Shown: piece after piece, positions 39,997 through 50,761 of the stretch
Position numbering within the stretch: position 1 is the stretch's first letter
Layout: the number at the start of each line of letters is the position of its first letter
Assembly: GCA_965218425.1 (NCBI GenBank)
Contig: OZ244621.1
Coordinates: forward strand, 2,720,001-2,784,000
Length of the DNA: 64,000 bases
Source of the DNA: an uncultured Candidatus Binatia bacterium
GTDB taxonomy: Bacteria > Desulfobacterota > Binatia > UBA9968 > CAXXLF01
Reading direction: 5' to 3'
Notes under the pieces: generated by a model
Databases searched by the model: none
What the model was told of the DNA's origin: nothing
What the model saw: only the letters and a program-made list of their open reading frames with translations
Made by a program: the position numbers and the translations under genes

Positions 39997-40698
39997 CTAC
40001 TTGTCCTTCAGTTGCTCCCAGGTCTTCGGTTGCCATTCCACCGCCAACAGATGGGCTTGTCCGACTTGTGAAGCAGTCATCTTCTTCGCCAGTTCGTCTC
40101 TCGCTAATCGGTAGTCCTTCGCTCTCTCTGTAGTTAGTGAGGCTGCCAAGATAAACCACTTGTGGGCTTGGACGTAGTCCTGGGGCACGCCCTGGCCGTT
40201 GGCATACATGAGACCGAGGTTGTATTGGGCGCTGGCATACCCCTGCTCGGCGGCCTTGCGGGACCAACTCACCGCCTCCTGGTAGTCCTGAGGCACGCCC
40301 TGGCCGTTGTGGTACATGACACCGAGGTTGTGTTGGGCGCTGGCCTTCCCCTGCTCGGCGGCCTTGCGGAACCAACTCACCGCCTCTTGGTAGTCCTGGG
40401 GCACGCCATGGCCGTTGGCATACATGAGACCGAGGTTGTATTGGGCGCCGGCGACCCCCTGCTCGGCGGCCTTGCGGAACCAACTCACCGCCTCTGAATA
40501 GTCCTGGGGCACGCCCTTGCCGTTGAGGTAAATGACACCGAGGTTGTATTGGGCGCTAGAGTCACCCTGCTCGGCTCGGCGGCGCAATTCCGTGAGCGAA
40601 GCCGCGTCCTGTCCGAACACCCAAGGCGTGATTAACATCAACGCCAGCACGGAAAGGGCAAGAATCGTCGTCTGTCTCATTTTTATCCGTTTAATCAC
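39997..40698 (-). CDS. Sel1-like repeat protein
   Basis: Signal peptide plus four 36-aa AQYNLG.MY.NG.GVPQDY.EA..W.RKAAEQG repeats. Confidence 0.93.
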   Translation of the reverse strand: MIKRIKMRQTTILALSVLALMLITPWVFGQDAASLTELRRRAEQGDSSAQYNLGVIYLNGKGVPQDYSEAVSWFRKAAEQGVAGAQYNLGLMYANGHGVPQDYQEAVSWFRKAAEQGKASAQHNLGVMYHNGQGVPQDYQEAVSWSRKAAEQGYASAQYNLGLMYANGQGVPQDYVQAHKWFILAASLTTERAKDYRLARDELAKKMTASQVGQAHLLAVEWQPKTWEQLKDK

Positions 40699-40749
40699 TT
40701 GTCAGAGCAATCAAGATTGGGAAGGGAGATGATCTTTGGCGGTGTCTCA

Positions 40750-40990
40750 GTTCCCTTTAAATCGGTCAGTATCAGCCCGGCCCGCGAACCGCTCTTCGCG
40801 GTACAGCCGTCCGTTGGCCCGCTCGCGCTCGTCCGTCTCCTGCCGGTAGAAGCGCGGGGCGGCCTTGTGTCCGAGTTCCCCGGTGTCCCCGGCATAGCAG
40901 CCCCTTGCGCTCGATGTTATCGAACTTCGCGCTGGCCGATTGGCCCCCGGCTCGGCTACCTACGCTCACCTTCAGGTGATACACCGCCAT
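40750..40990 (-). pseudogene. MobA/MobL (MOBQ) relaxase N-terminal remnant
   Basis: MAVYHLKVSVGSRAGGQSASAKFDNIERKG, then loss of frame. Confidence 0.7.
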
Positions 40991-41028
40991 GACTATCCTT
41001 CCGCCCTCTGCCAAAGGACCGCACGAAA

Positions 41029-41192
41029 CCCGGAGTCATGCCTGCCCTCTTGCTATTCTGGGTTCCCTTCCCTTTCGGATTCCGGCTTGCATTATACCGA
41101 TTCTCTTGTGCAACGTCCTGTCCATCTGGACGCGGCGTTCCAACCAGCGCAACCCACGGCTCATCACTCCGGGATCACGGCTTGAATATCGG
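41029..41192 (-). repeat. R segment (extended)
   Basis: Encodes RYSSRDPGVMSRGLRWLERRVQMD...IARGQA*. Confidence 0.85.
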
Positions 41193-41266
41193 TGTAGGCG
41201 GACGGAAATAAGAGGCGCCCCCCGATAGGACCGCACCCCCATCCCGCGCGCGCACTTCTCAAGCGT

Positions 41267-42745
41267 CTACCGTTCCCGTCCTTTCGATAGCGCCTCTCTC
41301 CCGAACCGCTGGTTGGCCTCCAGTGTCTCGCGCACGTCGTCCCAGGTCGTGTTGTGATTGATGATGCAGAGCCTGAGCGCAAACGTCTTGCGCAGCAGGG
41401 TCGATGACATGAACGCGCGGTCCTCCCAAAAGACGCGGGCGAGCACGTTCCTGTTGATCTTCTCCAGGGCTTCCTCGTCGAGGTCGGCGCTCGCGGGGTT
41501 GACCCGGAAGCACACGATCCCAAGCGACGCGGGGTTCAAAAGCTCCAGCACCGGGCTCTCCCGGATATACTCCTCGGCCCGGGCCGCCAACTCCATCCCC
41601 TTCGACACGGCCCGCCGGAACGCCGCCATCCCGAAGGTCTGCACCGACATCCAGATCTTCAACGCCCGAAACGAGCGGCTCAGTTGCAGGCCGCTGTCCG
41701 AGAAGTTCGGGTGGTTCGCTCCCCACACCGTGTCCTGGAGGATATCGTGCCGAACCGCGAATGCGTTCTCGAGCGTGCGTATATCCTTCACCAGAAGGCC
41801 GCCCGTCTCGTAAGGCTGGAAGAACCATTTGTGCGGATCCAGCCCGATGGAATCGGCGCGTTCGATCCCGCGCAAGAGCTCCTTGCCGCGCTCGGTCACC
41901 ACCGCGAAGCCGCCGTACGCGGCGTCGACGTGCAGCCAGATGCTCTCCGCCTCGCAGTAGTCCGCCATGGCTTCGAGCGGATCGATGGCCCCCGTGCTGC
42001 TCGCTCCGGCGTTGGCACACACCGCGATGGGATTGAATCCCGCGGCCCGGTCCTCTGCCACGGCGCGCGTGAGCGCATCCATGTCCAGGCGGAAGCCTCC
42101 GTCGTTCACAACCAGGCGAATGCACTCCGGCCGAATGCCGATGATCCTGGCCGCGCGGATGAGAGCGCTATGGCTCTGGTTGCTCATGTACACGGTGGCG
42201 CGCTCGGGGTGGCCCGCCGCTTCCCGGGCCGCCGCCAAGGCGTCGACGCTGGTCGCCGACCCTCCGCTCGTCAAAAGCCCGCCCGCGCTCTCCGGATAGC
42301 CGAGCCAGCGCCGCAACCAGTCGATGACCACCAGCTCGAGCTGGCTCGGGCCGCTTGCGATCAGCCAGGTGCATGCGTTGATGTTGTATCCGGCCGCCAT
42401 GAAGTCGGCCAGCACCCCGGGCCACGTGGGCGACGATGGGATAAACCCGAAGCAACGCGGGTGATCGAGCCGCAGCGTGATCGGGAGGATCTCTCTCGCG
42501 GCCTGCTCGATAACCTCCACCGGCGGGCGGCCGTCCTCGGGCGGAGCCTCCATCAGTCTGTCCATGAGCTCCTGCCTGAACTCTCCGTCCCAGGCGTTTT
42601 CTCCCGGCAAGCCCTCGATCCGCTCCACCACGAGCTCGGCCGCCTTGCGGGCAAGGTCGAGCATGAGCTCGGGCGCCATCCGGAGGCCGTCGGGCGCCTC
42701 GCTACGTGCGCCTGCGCCCGGCTCTTTATCGCTCCTTTGTTCCAT
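41267..42745 (-). CDS. Group II PLP-dependent (aromatic amino acid-type) decarboxylase
   Basis: HPRCFGFIP, TSGGS, HSA, TGAIDPL, LHVDAAYGG, DPHKW; AGGAGG RBS before ATG 42745. Confidence 0.93.
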   Translation of the reverse strand: MEQRSDKEPGAGARSEAPDGLRMAPELMLDLARKAAELVVERIEGLPGENAWDGEFRQELMDRLMEAPPEDGRPPVEVIEQAAREILPITLRLDHPRCFGFIPSSPTWPGVLADFMAAGYNINACTWLIASGPSQLELVVIDWLRRWLGYPESAGGLLTSGGSATSVDALAAAREAAGHPERATVYMSNQSHSALIRAARIIGIRPECIRLVVNDGGFRLDMDALTRAVAEDRAAGFNPIAVCANAGASSTGAIDPLEAMADYCEAESIWLHVDAAYGGFAVVTERGKELLRGIERADSIGLDPHKWFFQPYETGGLLVKDIRTLENAFAVRHDILQDTVWGANHPNFSDSGLQLSRSFRALKIWMSVQTFGMAAFRRAVSKGMELAARAEEYIRESPVLELLNPASLGIVCFRVNPASADLDEEALEKINRNVLARVFWEDRAFMSSTLLRKTFALRLCIINHNTTWDDVRETLEANQRFGREALSKGRER

Positions 42746-42889
42746 CAGACTCCTCCTGTTGCGGTATGATACATCGGCATTGTCAGACTCACTGGATCGG
42801 ACCTGTAAAACCTGCAATCGAGCACTCTCAGGCTGCAAGTTGACGCCACCCGGCCAGAGCGGTGGCTCGGTCTTGTTTGAAAATGACGC

Positions 42890-43041
42890 TATGTATGCGA
42901 TCCTATCTCGTCGGTTGCATTTTCCCGGGCGTATCGTTTGTGATAGTCTAACCCGACGTAAGGCATGGGGTCTTCTCCTTTCAGGTTTGACGGCCGCTGC
43001 AACCGCCAACCTATGGGAGCTTGACCCCGATTCTGACCCCG
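42890..43041 (-). repeat. L segment (IS110 5' end) alone
   Basis: Homologous to L in the other copies; two TGACCCC motifs at its outer end. Confidence 0.85.
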
Positions 43042-43058
43042 GTTCTTTTTGTGTATGG

Positions 43059-44036
43059 CTATGCATTGTTCGCACCGCTTTCTTCTCCGATCGGCTCAAC
43101 TGCGTCTTCGATCTTGAGCGTCTTGATGTGCGGGGCAAGCGCCTCCACCAACCGATTCATTGCGTCGGTCATTCGGTTATGTGTTTCTCCCCAACTCTCT
43201 TCGGGGTCACTGTATCCTCCTTGCACAGCTGCTCGTATACGACAGGCTTGCTTCCCCTCTAGCCGCTCCCAGCCAAGCTGTCCTCCGAAGACTTCTTCAA
43301 TCTGCCCTTTCTTCGCGTGGAGATGGTCGAATATGTGAAGATTCTCGTGGCCCATACCTCTGCCACGGTCAACGTAGAGCTCCGCAGCAGAGTTCTTCTT
43401 CGTAACCGTATAGTTGAAGTTGGCACCTCGCACTCCGGATCTAGTCCCAATCCAGGAGTTTTGCCCTGGTCTGATGCGGCGGTGATGCGTTGCATTGGGA
43501 TGCTGGACCAATTGCGACCACCACTTGAGGCGCGCGTGGTGCCGCTCACTCATTTCCTTCTTGCTGCGCCCAATCGACTTGCCCTCTTCCGAGGGACCAA
43601 CGATCACCGTGAGTAAGGGTGCGGGGGGTGAGTTCTCGATGCGAATCGCCTCGATCTTCAAGAGAAAGAAGTCGGTACTCGTAGACTCATTGAGCCAATT
43701 CAAGTCAGCTACATGCTCGGGGCGCGGGTCGGCTACGATCCAGACAACGACGCTGGATTGCATCGCTGTTCGATAAGTGATCAGCTTGCCCGGATGGTCG
43801 TGTTCGCTCTTCCCTAATTGGTTCTCGATAATGATTGACGATCCGTCATTGCTTTCCGCAACCAGATCAACACTGAAGATACTCTCGGTCTTTTTCTCGC
43901 GCTCGACGCTTTCGATGTCGTGACCGATCGCATCGCTCAAAACGTCGATGTTCTGCTCAAGCCACTGCGTGAAATCGTAGGCCTCATGCCTCCAGACATC
44001 GCGGAGAGGGACACGTTCAAGCTTGGCTACCGTCAT
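43059..44036 (-). CDS. DUF4268 domain protein with N-terminal PD-(D/E)xK-like nuclease domain
   Basis: LRDVWRHEA.DFT.WL, VDLVA, IIENQL, WERLEGKQACRI. Confidence 0.8.
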   Translation of the reverse strand: MTVAKLERVPLRDVWRHEAYDFTQWLEQNIDVLSDAIGHDIESVEREKKTESIFSVDLVAESNDGSSIIIENQLGKSEHDHPGKLITYRTAMQSSVVVWIVADPRPEHVADLNWLNESTSTDFFLLKIEAIRIENSPPAPLLTVIVGPSEEGKSIGRSKKEMSERHHARLKWWSQLVQHPNATHHRRIRPGQNSWIGTRSGVRGANFNYTVTKKNSAAELYVDRGRGMGHENLHIFDHLHAKKGQIEEVFGGQLGWERLEGKQACRIRAAVQGGYSDPEESWGETHNRMTDAMNRLVEALAPHIKTLKIEDAVEPIGEESGANNA

Positions 44037-44182
44037 ACTGTCTCTCCCGCGTCCATCGCTCGCCCCTCAAGGCGCCGGGCGCGATAGTCGGCCCTGCTTA
44101 GGAACACCTTTCGGCGGGCGGATCCTCGGTTCATCGAATGATGGACTGCACCCCGATATTCAATGCGTAAGGGCCGTGACAT
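44033..44182 (-). pseudogene. RAYT-like (Y1 HUH) transposase N-terminal remnant
   Basis: MSRPLRIEYRGAVHHSMNRGSARRKVFLSRADYR (manual translation). Confidence 0.8.
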
Positions 44183-44751
44183 TGATAGCCTTAATTACAG
44201 TCCACATTCCAATTATCGACAAGTTCGCCACCCCGCAAGGGCCGTCGTTTGCACAAATTAAATTAGCGCTTAGGCATAAATTTTTCCGTTTTACAAGGTG
44301 TGCCCGAAACGCTTATCAAAGAAAGTGCTCAGACTTTGGCTTGGAAGCGCCTGGTCCCGTACTACGGGCGGCTCCGTGCGGTTCGACGCATCGCCCGCGG
44401 GGGTTCCATGGAGCGCCTCATGAAACGAACTCAAGAAGGAAAAGGAGCAAGTGTTAGCAAAGAGGCGAAGGGAAGATAAACAAAGGCGACTTGCTCAAGT
44501 ACTCGCACTATCGAAGTTGTCTCGTCCGTACAGGTGTATACCGGACCAGCTTCAACGCTTGAGCGGTCCATTGCGGGGTTACCCGATATGGCCACTTGGG
44601 AAGTGAGAGAGGCTCATCATACTTTACAGTTGGGGGTTTTACTTATTTTTCCCCCACGAGGGCGGAGCGGCCATGCAGGTTGCTCAACCTGTCAATGTGT
44701 TCATTCCTCCCTGGGTGGGCACATGCCCCTTCGCCCGTCCTCACCTTGGAG

Positions 44752-45018
44752 ATGATTGTCGAACGCAAGAGAATGGTGCCGGACCGATCCGGCAAAATGG
44801 TGGAAGGCACCGTTGTTGACGTAGACAAATCCATGGAACGGTTCAGTGAGATAGAACTTGCAGACGGGACAATCCTGAGAGCCAAGATCATGGTGGTCGA
44901 GGCTGTTCGCCTGGATAATCGATGGGACGATGATGGGAACCCAGTGTACAGCCTCAAGAGCCAAAACGTGGTGATAATCTCTGAATCGCCAAAAGAACTC
45001 AGAAAGCCGCTGCAATGA
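44752..45018 (+). CDS. Small hypothetical protein
   Basis: Compact ORF ...ERFSEIELADGTILRAK...DDDGNPVY. Confidence 0.6.
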   Translation: MIVERKRMVPDRSGKMVEGTVVDVDKSMERFSEIELADGTILRAKIMVVEAVRLDNRWDDDGNPVYSLKSQNVVIISESPKELRKPLQ

Positions 45019-45061
45019 GTTCGTTTCGCTCGTCTTCACTTCCCTTGACAACAGGGTTGGT

Positions 45062-45169
45062 AAAGGGTTCAAATCTTTTGTTGACAATTAACATCTTCCG
45101 GATCTTCCAGCCGCCTCCGAAATCTTCTATCCGCCTCACGCTTTAAGAATCCCATGGCACGCCCGGCCC
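45062..45169 (+). repeat. Repeat C
   Basis: GGGTTCAAATCTTTTGTTGACAA...GAATCCCATGGCACGCCCGGCC. Confidence 0.85.
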
Positions 45170-45369
45170 ACCCCGTGTTTTCGAATTCTCCGATTCTCCA
45201 TTTTTCGCTTCGCGTTGTTTAACAAACCGTTTCGCCTTGGGCCCCCTCGTTTCGACGTTTCCTAACCCGCTCCGGTAGGTATCCAGCGGAAGCCGGGCCA
45301 CAGGGGTCCGGCCCATCACCAGACAGCGGCAACGGCCGTGAGAACGGAGCCCGTTGTGAGTGCCGACAA

Positions 45370-46488
45370 GTGCTCAACGCCTTACGGCATCCAATAGACA
45401 ATCACATCCAGGACCCGGGCGGCGGCCGCAAGTCGCTCTAGTGCTCAACGCCTTACGGCATCCAATAGACAATCACATCCGGTTGTGGACCAGCCGAAAT
45501 AGCGCAGTGCGTGCTCAACGCCTTACGGCATCCAATAGACAATCACCGCTGGCGCGAGGAGACACTGGCCATAGTCGGTGATGTGCTCAACGCCTTACGG
45601 CATCCAATAGACAATCACACGGCCTTTACCAGTTCCGTCAGGTTGGTTAACTGGGTGCTCAACGCCTTACGGCATCCAATAGACAATCACAAGAAGCAGA
45701 ATGAGCTCCCTGTAATCCAACGGCCTCTGTGCTCAACGCCTTACGGCATCCAATAGACAATCACACGAACACGAGCAGTTCACTTACACCGCGGCCGAAG
45801 CCGTGCTCAACGCCTTACGGCATCCAATAGACAATCACAGCCGAGACGTTTCTATCGTTGGACACTCTGTGGACGTGCTCAACGCCTTACGGCATCCAAT
45901 AGACAATCACGCGGCCGAGCCGCCGCCGTCGTTCGAGACCGTGCCGTGCTCAACGCCTTACGGCATCCAATAGACAATCACTTGTAGCGCTCTTGCTTAT
46001 CCAAAAGGGCCAAGTTGTACTGTGCTCAACGCCTTACGGCATCCAATAGACAATCACAACTCGTTCTTGTCGAACACCGGCTCGTCCTTGTCGTGCTCAA
46101 CGCCTTACGGCATCCAATAGACAATCACGTAATAGAGCACATCGACAACAAAGTGGACAGCCAGTGCTCAACGCCTTACGGCATCCAATAGACAATCACT
46201 CCAACGCATCTTGCAGGATTCGCAAACTAGTTGCGCCCGTGCTCAACGCCTTACGGCATCCAATAGACAATCACCAGGAATGCAACCGAGTAATCGATGC
46301 ACCAAACATAGTGCTCAACGCCTTACGGCATCCAATAGACAATCACTACCGAACCGAAAAAATAAAAAGCCTCTCTTGTCCGTGCTCAACGCCTTACGGC
46401 ATCCAATAGACAATCACCCGACGATCCGCGAGTCGGCGCCGCGCCCCTCCATGTGCTCAACGCCTTACGGCATCCAATAGACAATCAC
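45370..46488 (-). CRISPR. CRISPR array: 16 identical 36-bp repeats and 15 spacers of 34-40 bp
   Basis: Plus-strand repeat GTGCTCAACGCCTTACGGCATCCAATAGACAATCAC; the AT-rich leader (46489-46756) next to cas2 implies minus-strand transcription. Confidence 0.99.
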
Positions 46489-46756
46489 TTCCCGTGGATA
46501 AGTATTTATGTTTGTTGGACTTTTCCATCCTCTATACAAGGACCCCTTTTCCACAATCGAGATTTGTCTCAAAATGTCCCCGCTTTCCTCCCTCTTCCCA
46601 TCCAACTGATGAATATCCCTCCACTTTCTCTTATTTCACGAACCCTTTTCTCCCTTAATTTCACTTTTTCATAGAAACACAAGCAGTTAGTCGTTTTTCT
46701 TGAATCTTGGCTCCAAACACTCCTGGGTGCATGAATTCCGGATCTTCCCGAAAAAA

Positions 46757-47050
46757 TCACACCACACGAAAGCGCGGCTCATCCTCAACCCATTCGGTGT
46801 TGGGATTACGTACAATCAGCTTTGACCTGCACGAGGAACAAAGTCCCGCAATCATCAGGCTGTCTTCAGGCGCCATCTCCTTCTCCAGCTCCCAACGCAT
46901 CCGCTCAAGCTGTCGCCTGGTCAGACGACAACGAAAGATCGAATATTGCAGGCTTTCCCCGTAGCCCTTAAGCAGCTTGAAGCAACGACGCCAACGTTTG
47001 GGGTCACGAATGTCGTAACAAACCAGATACCAGATCCGTCCTTCCGCCAT
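46757..47050 (-). CDS. cas2: CRISPR-associated Cas2
   Basis: YLVCYDIRDPKRWR, G..LQYSIF. Confidence 0.96.
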   Translation of the reverse strand: MAEGRIWYLVCYDIRDPKRWRRCFKLLKGYGESLQYSIFRCRLTRRQLERMRWELEKEMAPEDSLMIAGLCSSCRSKLIVRNPNTEWVEDEPRFRVV

Positions 47051-47060
47051 GCACGACCTC

Positions 47061-48716
47061 TCAACGCAGACGCATACGAGCGAACAACCCAGGTTCTCCG
47101 GCCCATTCCTTCTCCAGCAAACGAGCCTCCAGTTCGATCAATCGCGCATACGATAACGAATATCCTGTCACAGGATGTTTCCACCGGTCTTCTTTTCGGC
47201 GTTCATAGATCTCAATGGCTTTTTTTCGACCGGAATCACTGAGCCAGATTTGCTTGCCCGCGTGTGTAAAGTCCTCTTCCACATCCCACTGAAGGCGATT
47301 GACCGAAGCAACCAACGGCATGTCCCATAGCGGGACTCGAAACAACTCCATCAGATCCAAAGCTAACGGGTGAGCGGCCGAACGCGGACGGTGAAAGAAG
47401 CCAAAAGCGGGTTCAAGTCCGACGGCTATTATCGCCTGCAAGACATCCCGGTACAGAAGTGCGTAGCCAAAGCTCAACAGCGCATTGATCCGATCCCGAG
47501 GCGGACGACGGTTTCTTCCGTTGAAACGCAATCGTTCATCCAAGTCGTCTCGCAGCAGTCCAGGGAAACCTGAGAAATAGTGACGCCCGGCATCCCCCTC
47601 GTGGCCCCGCAAGGAATCGATCCCTTCCGCATAACCGGCGGCACGAAGCGCGTTCCGAAGCCCTTGCACGGCGCCATCAATGCCCAACGACTTTCGATCC
47701 TTGCCCCGCGACGCCCGCAGCAAAAACCCAAGCTGGCCGGACGCTCGGGCAATCGCCAACCGTCGGCCCAAGCGAAATGTCAAGCCGGGGTCTCGCAATG
47801 CCTCGAACTGACGGATGCGCCGCTGCACCGGACTTGCGCTAGAGACAAGTCCGCTTACGTAGCGTCCTCCGCCCGTAAACCAATGCACCCCGACTTCCTG
47901 GGAGGCACACAGATGGATCGCTTGGGTGCTGATCTGCGCGTAACCGTGGATAACAATCTCTCCGACCTCACGAACGGGAAATGCCTGCTTCTGCCCGGCT
48001 GTGTCCGTGACCGTCAGGGTTTCTCCGGACTTGCCAATCCATGCTCCATGCGTCGTGACGTGAACGGTCTGACGTTCACGGTCTTGTGGAAAGAGTCGGA
48101 CAGGTTCCCAGTCCTCATCTTTAGCCAGGCGTTCTTCCTCAGGCAGACAGACCGGGGCGAGGGAGCAGCGCAGACATAGCCGATCATTTTCAGCGACCGG
48201 CGGGCGTTCAACGGTCCGGCTGAGCTCACGGGCACGAGCGACAGCCTTTAGAACATCTCCACGTGCTGTTTCGTCCACGGGGACACGGACAGTCGTATTA
48301 TTGGCGTGGTAGCGAATCCGCGCTTCTTCGATATGAGTCCCGGTGTGCTCCTCCAAAAGCAGAGTATACGCGCATACCTGGAGACGGTCGCTCGGCCACG
48401 CCTGCGGCCCAACGTCGCCTTTAGCCGAACGACCGCGCTTGTGTTCGTAGGGAATGAGCTGACCATCCCGGCGGCGCAGGCAATCAACCTTCCCGCGAAT
48501 GCCGAGCGTCTCGCTCTCCAGGACCAGGCTGACAATTTCGCCTTCGTCAGCCGCCAGCTCTTCATGGAGACGGCGCCCTGCGTACACCGCTGCATCCGCG
48601 ACGCGAATCTCTTCGACCTCTTCCAGGTAGAAAAGACGCTCGCAGTACGCCAAGGCGTGGAGAGCCATGACGCGGATGGTGGGGGTATCCATGGTAACAA
48701 GTTCGTTCAGAAACAC
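47061..48716 (-). CDS. cas1: Cas4-Cas1 fusion
   Basis: N-terminal Cas4 (YCER, GKVD, EHK, CLRCSL..VC) plus Cas1 (LRGHEG, NALLSFGY, GFFH, LDLMELFR). Confidence 0.95.
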   Translation of the reverse strand: MFLNELVTMDTPTIRVMALHALAYCERLFYLEEVEEIRVADAAVYAGRRLHEELAADEGEIVSLVLESETLGIRGKVDCLRRRDGQLIPYEHKRGRSAKGDVGPQAWPSDRLQVCAYTLLLEEHTGTHIEEARIRYHANNTTVRVPVDETARGDVLKAVARARELSRTVERPPVAENDRLCLRCSLAPVCLPEEERLAKDEDWEPVRLFPQDRERQTVHVTTHGAWIGKSGETLTVTDTAGQKQAFPVREVGEIVIHGYAQISTQAIHLCASQEVGVHWFTGGGRYVSGLVSSASPVQRRIRQFEALRDPGLTFRLGRRLAIARASGQLGFLLRASRGKDRKSLGIDGAVQGLRNALRAAGYAEGIDSLRGHEGDAGRHYFSGFPGLLRDDLDERLRFNGRNRRPPRDRINALLSFGYALLYRDVLQAIIAVGLEPAFGFFHRPRSAAHPLALDLMELFRVPLWDMPLVASVNRLQWDVEEDFTHAGKQIWLSDSGRKKAIEIYERRKEDRWKHPVTGYSLSYARLIELEARLLEKEWAGEPGLFARMRLR

Positions 48717-49403
48717 TTAAGCCGGGATCATCACCCAAGCATCTTTAGGGATATCCCGTCTTTGCTCAGGACAAGGGGAAAATAAGGCGCTCGTCGTATT
48801 TGCTATGTTCCGGCGATCAATCGTGATTGTGAAATGGGCGGTTCGAGGACGTAGGCTATGAGAATCATGTTCAGAAACTTTTTCGTACCAGTACGCTGGC
48901 TGTCGCTCTGTTTCTTCACGTAAGATATCAACCAGGAAATTGTTATCACCAAGGAAGGGAACACCATAACGCGCTGAGTTGTATTCCCCGCTTAAACCGT
49001 CTCTTATTCTGTCCGCCAAGTCAGTATTGTCCTCGAGACAGATGTAAGCCCTAACATCGCTTAAAAATTCTCGCCGAACAGGGGTTATGTTATATTTCGA
49101 GCCTTTGGCAAGCGGGATGTATTTGACCCCGGCTGGGCCTACCGGATAATTATGCGCTTGTTGATACAGGCTATGGACTTGCGGAAAACTCAACGCACCG
49201 ATCGCGATTTTTATGCGGGGAAGGTCTTTCCGCATCAAGGTCATCGGCTGTTTGTCATCATCAAGCCTGGACTCAATACCGGCGATATTCAGTAACAGCC
49301 CATATGCTGCCGAGGGGGTTATGAATCTTGCCGTCGGCCGAAACGATCCAGCAGTGAACGTTCGAAACACCGCAAATGGAGCTTGGACGTACAAGCACAT
49401 CAT
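48717..49403 (-). CDS. cas5: Cas5, Myxan/DevS type
   Basis: APFAVFRTF.AG..RPT..ITPSAAYGLLLN, RYGVPFLGDN. Confidence 0.92.
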   Translation of the reverse strand: MMCLYVQAPFAVFRTFTAGSFRPTARFITPSAAYGLLLNIAGIESRLDDDKQPMTLMRKDLPRIKIAIGALSFPQVHSLYQQAHNYPVGPAGVKYIPLAKGSKYNITPVRREFLSDVRAYICLEDNTDLADRIRDGLSGEYNSARYGVPFLGDNNFLVDILREETERQPAYWYEKVSEHDSHSLRPRTAHFTITIDRRNIANTTSALFSPCPEQRRDIPKDAWVMIPA

Positions 49404-50356
49404 TGTATAGCCCCATGGCCTAATATTTGATCCGTGACGGTAGCGATGAGCCGCTGGGCACTTCTATCTAGGGTGACACCCTTGTCCTTAAGGGCGTTGG
49501 CGCTTGCTTCCGTCATGTCTTTAACAATCTTTCCTCCGATGAAGAATTCCTTCCCGGGATAGTCACCTTTACAGATGCCCTCGACGACTTCGGGAAAATC
49601 GCCTTCTTTTGTAAAGCCGTAGGTATTGTAACCGGCGACCAGGGATTCACTGAGCCTGATGACAATGCTTGCTGGGGCCATCTCGTAATAACTCCGCGCA
49701 TGATTGCCTGAGACACCACTGAGCTCGCCAATGGCCTTCAGCATATACTTGAGACCTTTTACTTCTTCGTCTTCTCCAGTCGTTTTCTTAAACGTTACGG
49801 ATTTGCATTGGTTGAGATTCAAGGCAAAAGGATACTGGAAGGCGGTTTGTGCCGTTTCACGATGCAAGAGAGCTGAGTCGTCGGCATTCTTCCATGGGCT
49901 ATCATCGCTATTTTTAGGTGATTGGGTAAAAATTGAATCGTGCCGGTAAGGCTCGATCCCCTTGGCTAGGTTCATGCGGAGAATTGAATCCCGTTTGAAT
50001 TGGAAAGAGTCTTTTCTGCCTTGCGTCTCTAATTTGTCAAGAATCTTTTGACGGTCAGTAGTATTGGCGGCGACGAGATAGCCAAAAAAGAAGTCGTCAA
50101 TATACTTCTCCGGGTTGGGATATTCGGTGAATTTTACCGCTAACTGCTCTTCATCATACAGTCGAGAGCGATTACACGGTAGCCCATACCCAGCTATGAT
50201 TTCCCTAAGTGCGTTGCGCATCGCCTCCGGTGAGATAACGGGATATTCAAATCTTCCGTCTGTAATCTTCTGAATAACAGCTCGGTTTTGTTCGCTTTCT
50301 CCTCGGTAATTGGCCGAGGGCGCCGCATACGTTAGGACGGTTGCAAATAGATTCAT
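49400..50356 (-). CDS. cas7: Cas7, Myxan/DevR type
   Basis: ANYRGE, ISPEAMRNALRE, GNHARS. Confidence 0.9.
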   Translation of the reverse strand: MNLFATVLTYAAPSANYRGESEQNRAVIQKITDGRFEYPVISPEAMRNALREIIAGYGLPCNRSRLYDEEQLAVKFTEYPNPEKYIDDFFFGYLVAANTTDRQKILDKLETQGRKDSFQFKRDSILRMNLAKGIEPYRHDSIFTQSPKNSDDSPWKNADDSALLHRETAQTAFQYPFALNLNQCKSVTFKKTTGEDEEVKGLKYMLKAIGELSGVSGNHARSYYEMAPASIVIRLSESLVAGYNTYGFTKEGDFPEVVEGICKGDYPGKEFFIGGKIVKDMTEASANALKDKGVTLDRSAQRLIATVTDQILGHGAIQ

Positions 50357-50383
50357 GCTTTTCCTCCTCTGAAATTTCGTTAT

Positions 50384-50761
50384 TTAGGAATGCGCTGAAA
50401 GAGCCAACATCGACAGCGCTTTTATCCTCTCCCACCCTCCGTCTTCAAGGAGGGCCTGCGAGACAAAGACGTAATCATCTGAAGGTAGAAACTGTGGGAC
50501 AGAACAGATAGCCCCGGTAAAGTATTCAATGAATTCCTGGTCTCGACGGGAACGCATCGCAAGGAAGGCATCCATACAGATCTTTTGCCTTGCCTCTATG
50601 TATGCGGGCGGGATTGATATTTTCCCGTCAGGTGTTTTCTTGTCTTTAAAGTCACTCCATTTAATCTTTGATCTAGCCTCAGTCTTTTGCCGGACATAAG
50701 CACCCATCATGTCGTAGATGCGTTTCTCTAGCGACTGAGGTTTAACTGTGTCCTCTGCCAT
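50384..50761 (-). CDS. cas11: Probable internally translated Cas11 small subunit (125 aa)
   Basis: In-frame ATG preceded by AGGAGG at 8 nt spacing inside cas8. Confidence 0.75.
   Translation of the reverse strand: MAEDTVKPQSLEKRIYDMMGAYVRQKTEARSKIKWSDFKDKKTPDGKISIPPAYIEARQKICMDAFLAMRSRRDQEFIEYFTGAICSVPQFLPSDDYVFVSQALLEDGGWERIKALSMLALSAHS

Noticed and set aside
40130..40560. 108-bp periodic repeats resembling a second array
   Set aside because: Explained by the coding Sel1 repeats.
42746..43138. N-terminal extension of the decarboxylase ORF
   Set aside because: It runs through the L repeat and overlaps DUF4268; a strong RBS marks ATG 42745.
45619..45654. Spacer shares CCGTCAGGTTGGT with window positions 3-15 (possible self-targeting)
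   Set aside because: Only a 13-nt match with unrelated flanks; compatible with chance.
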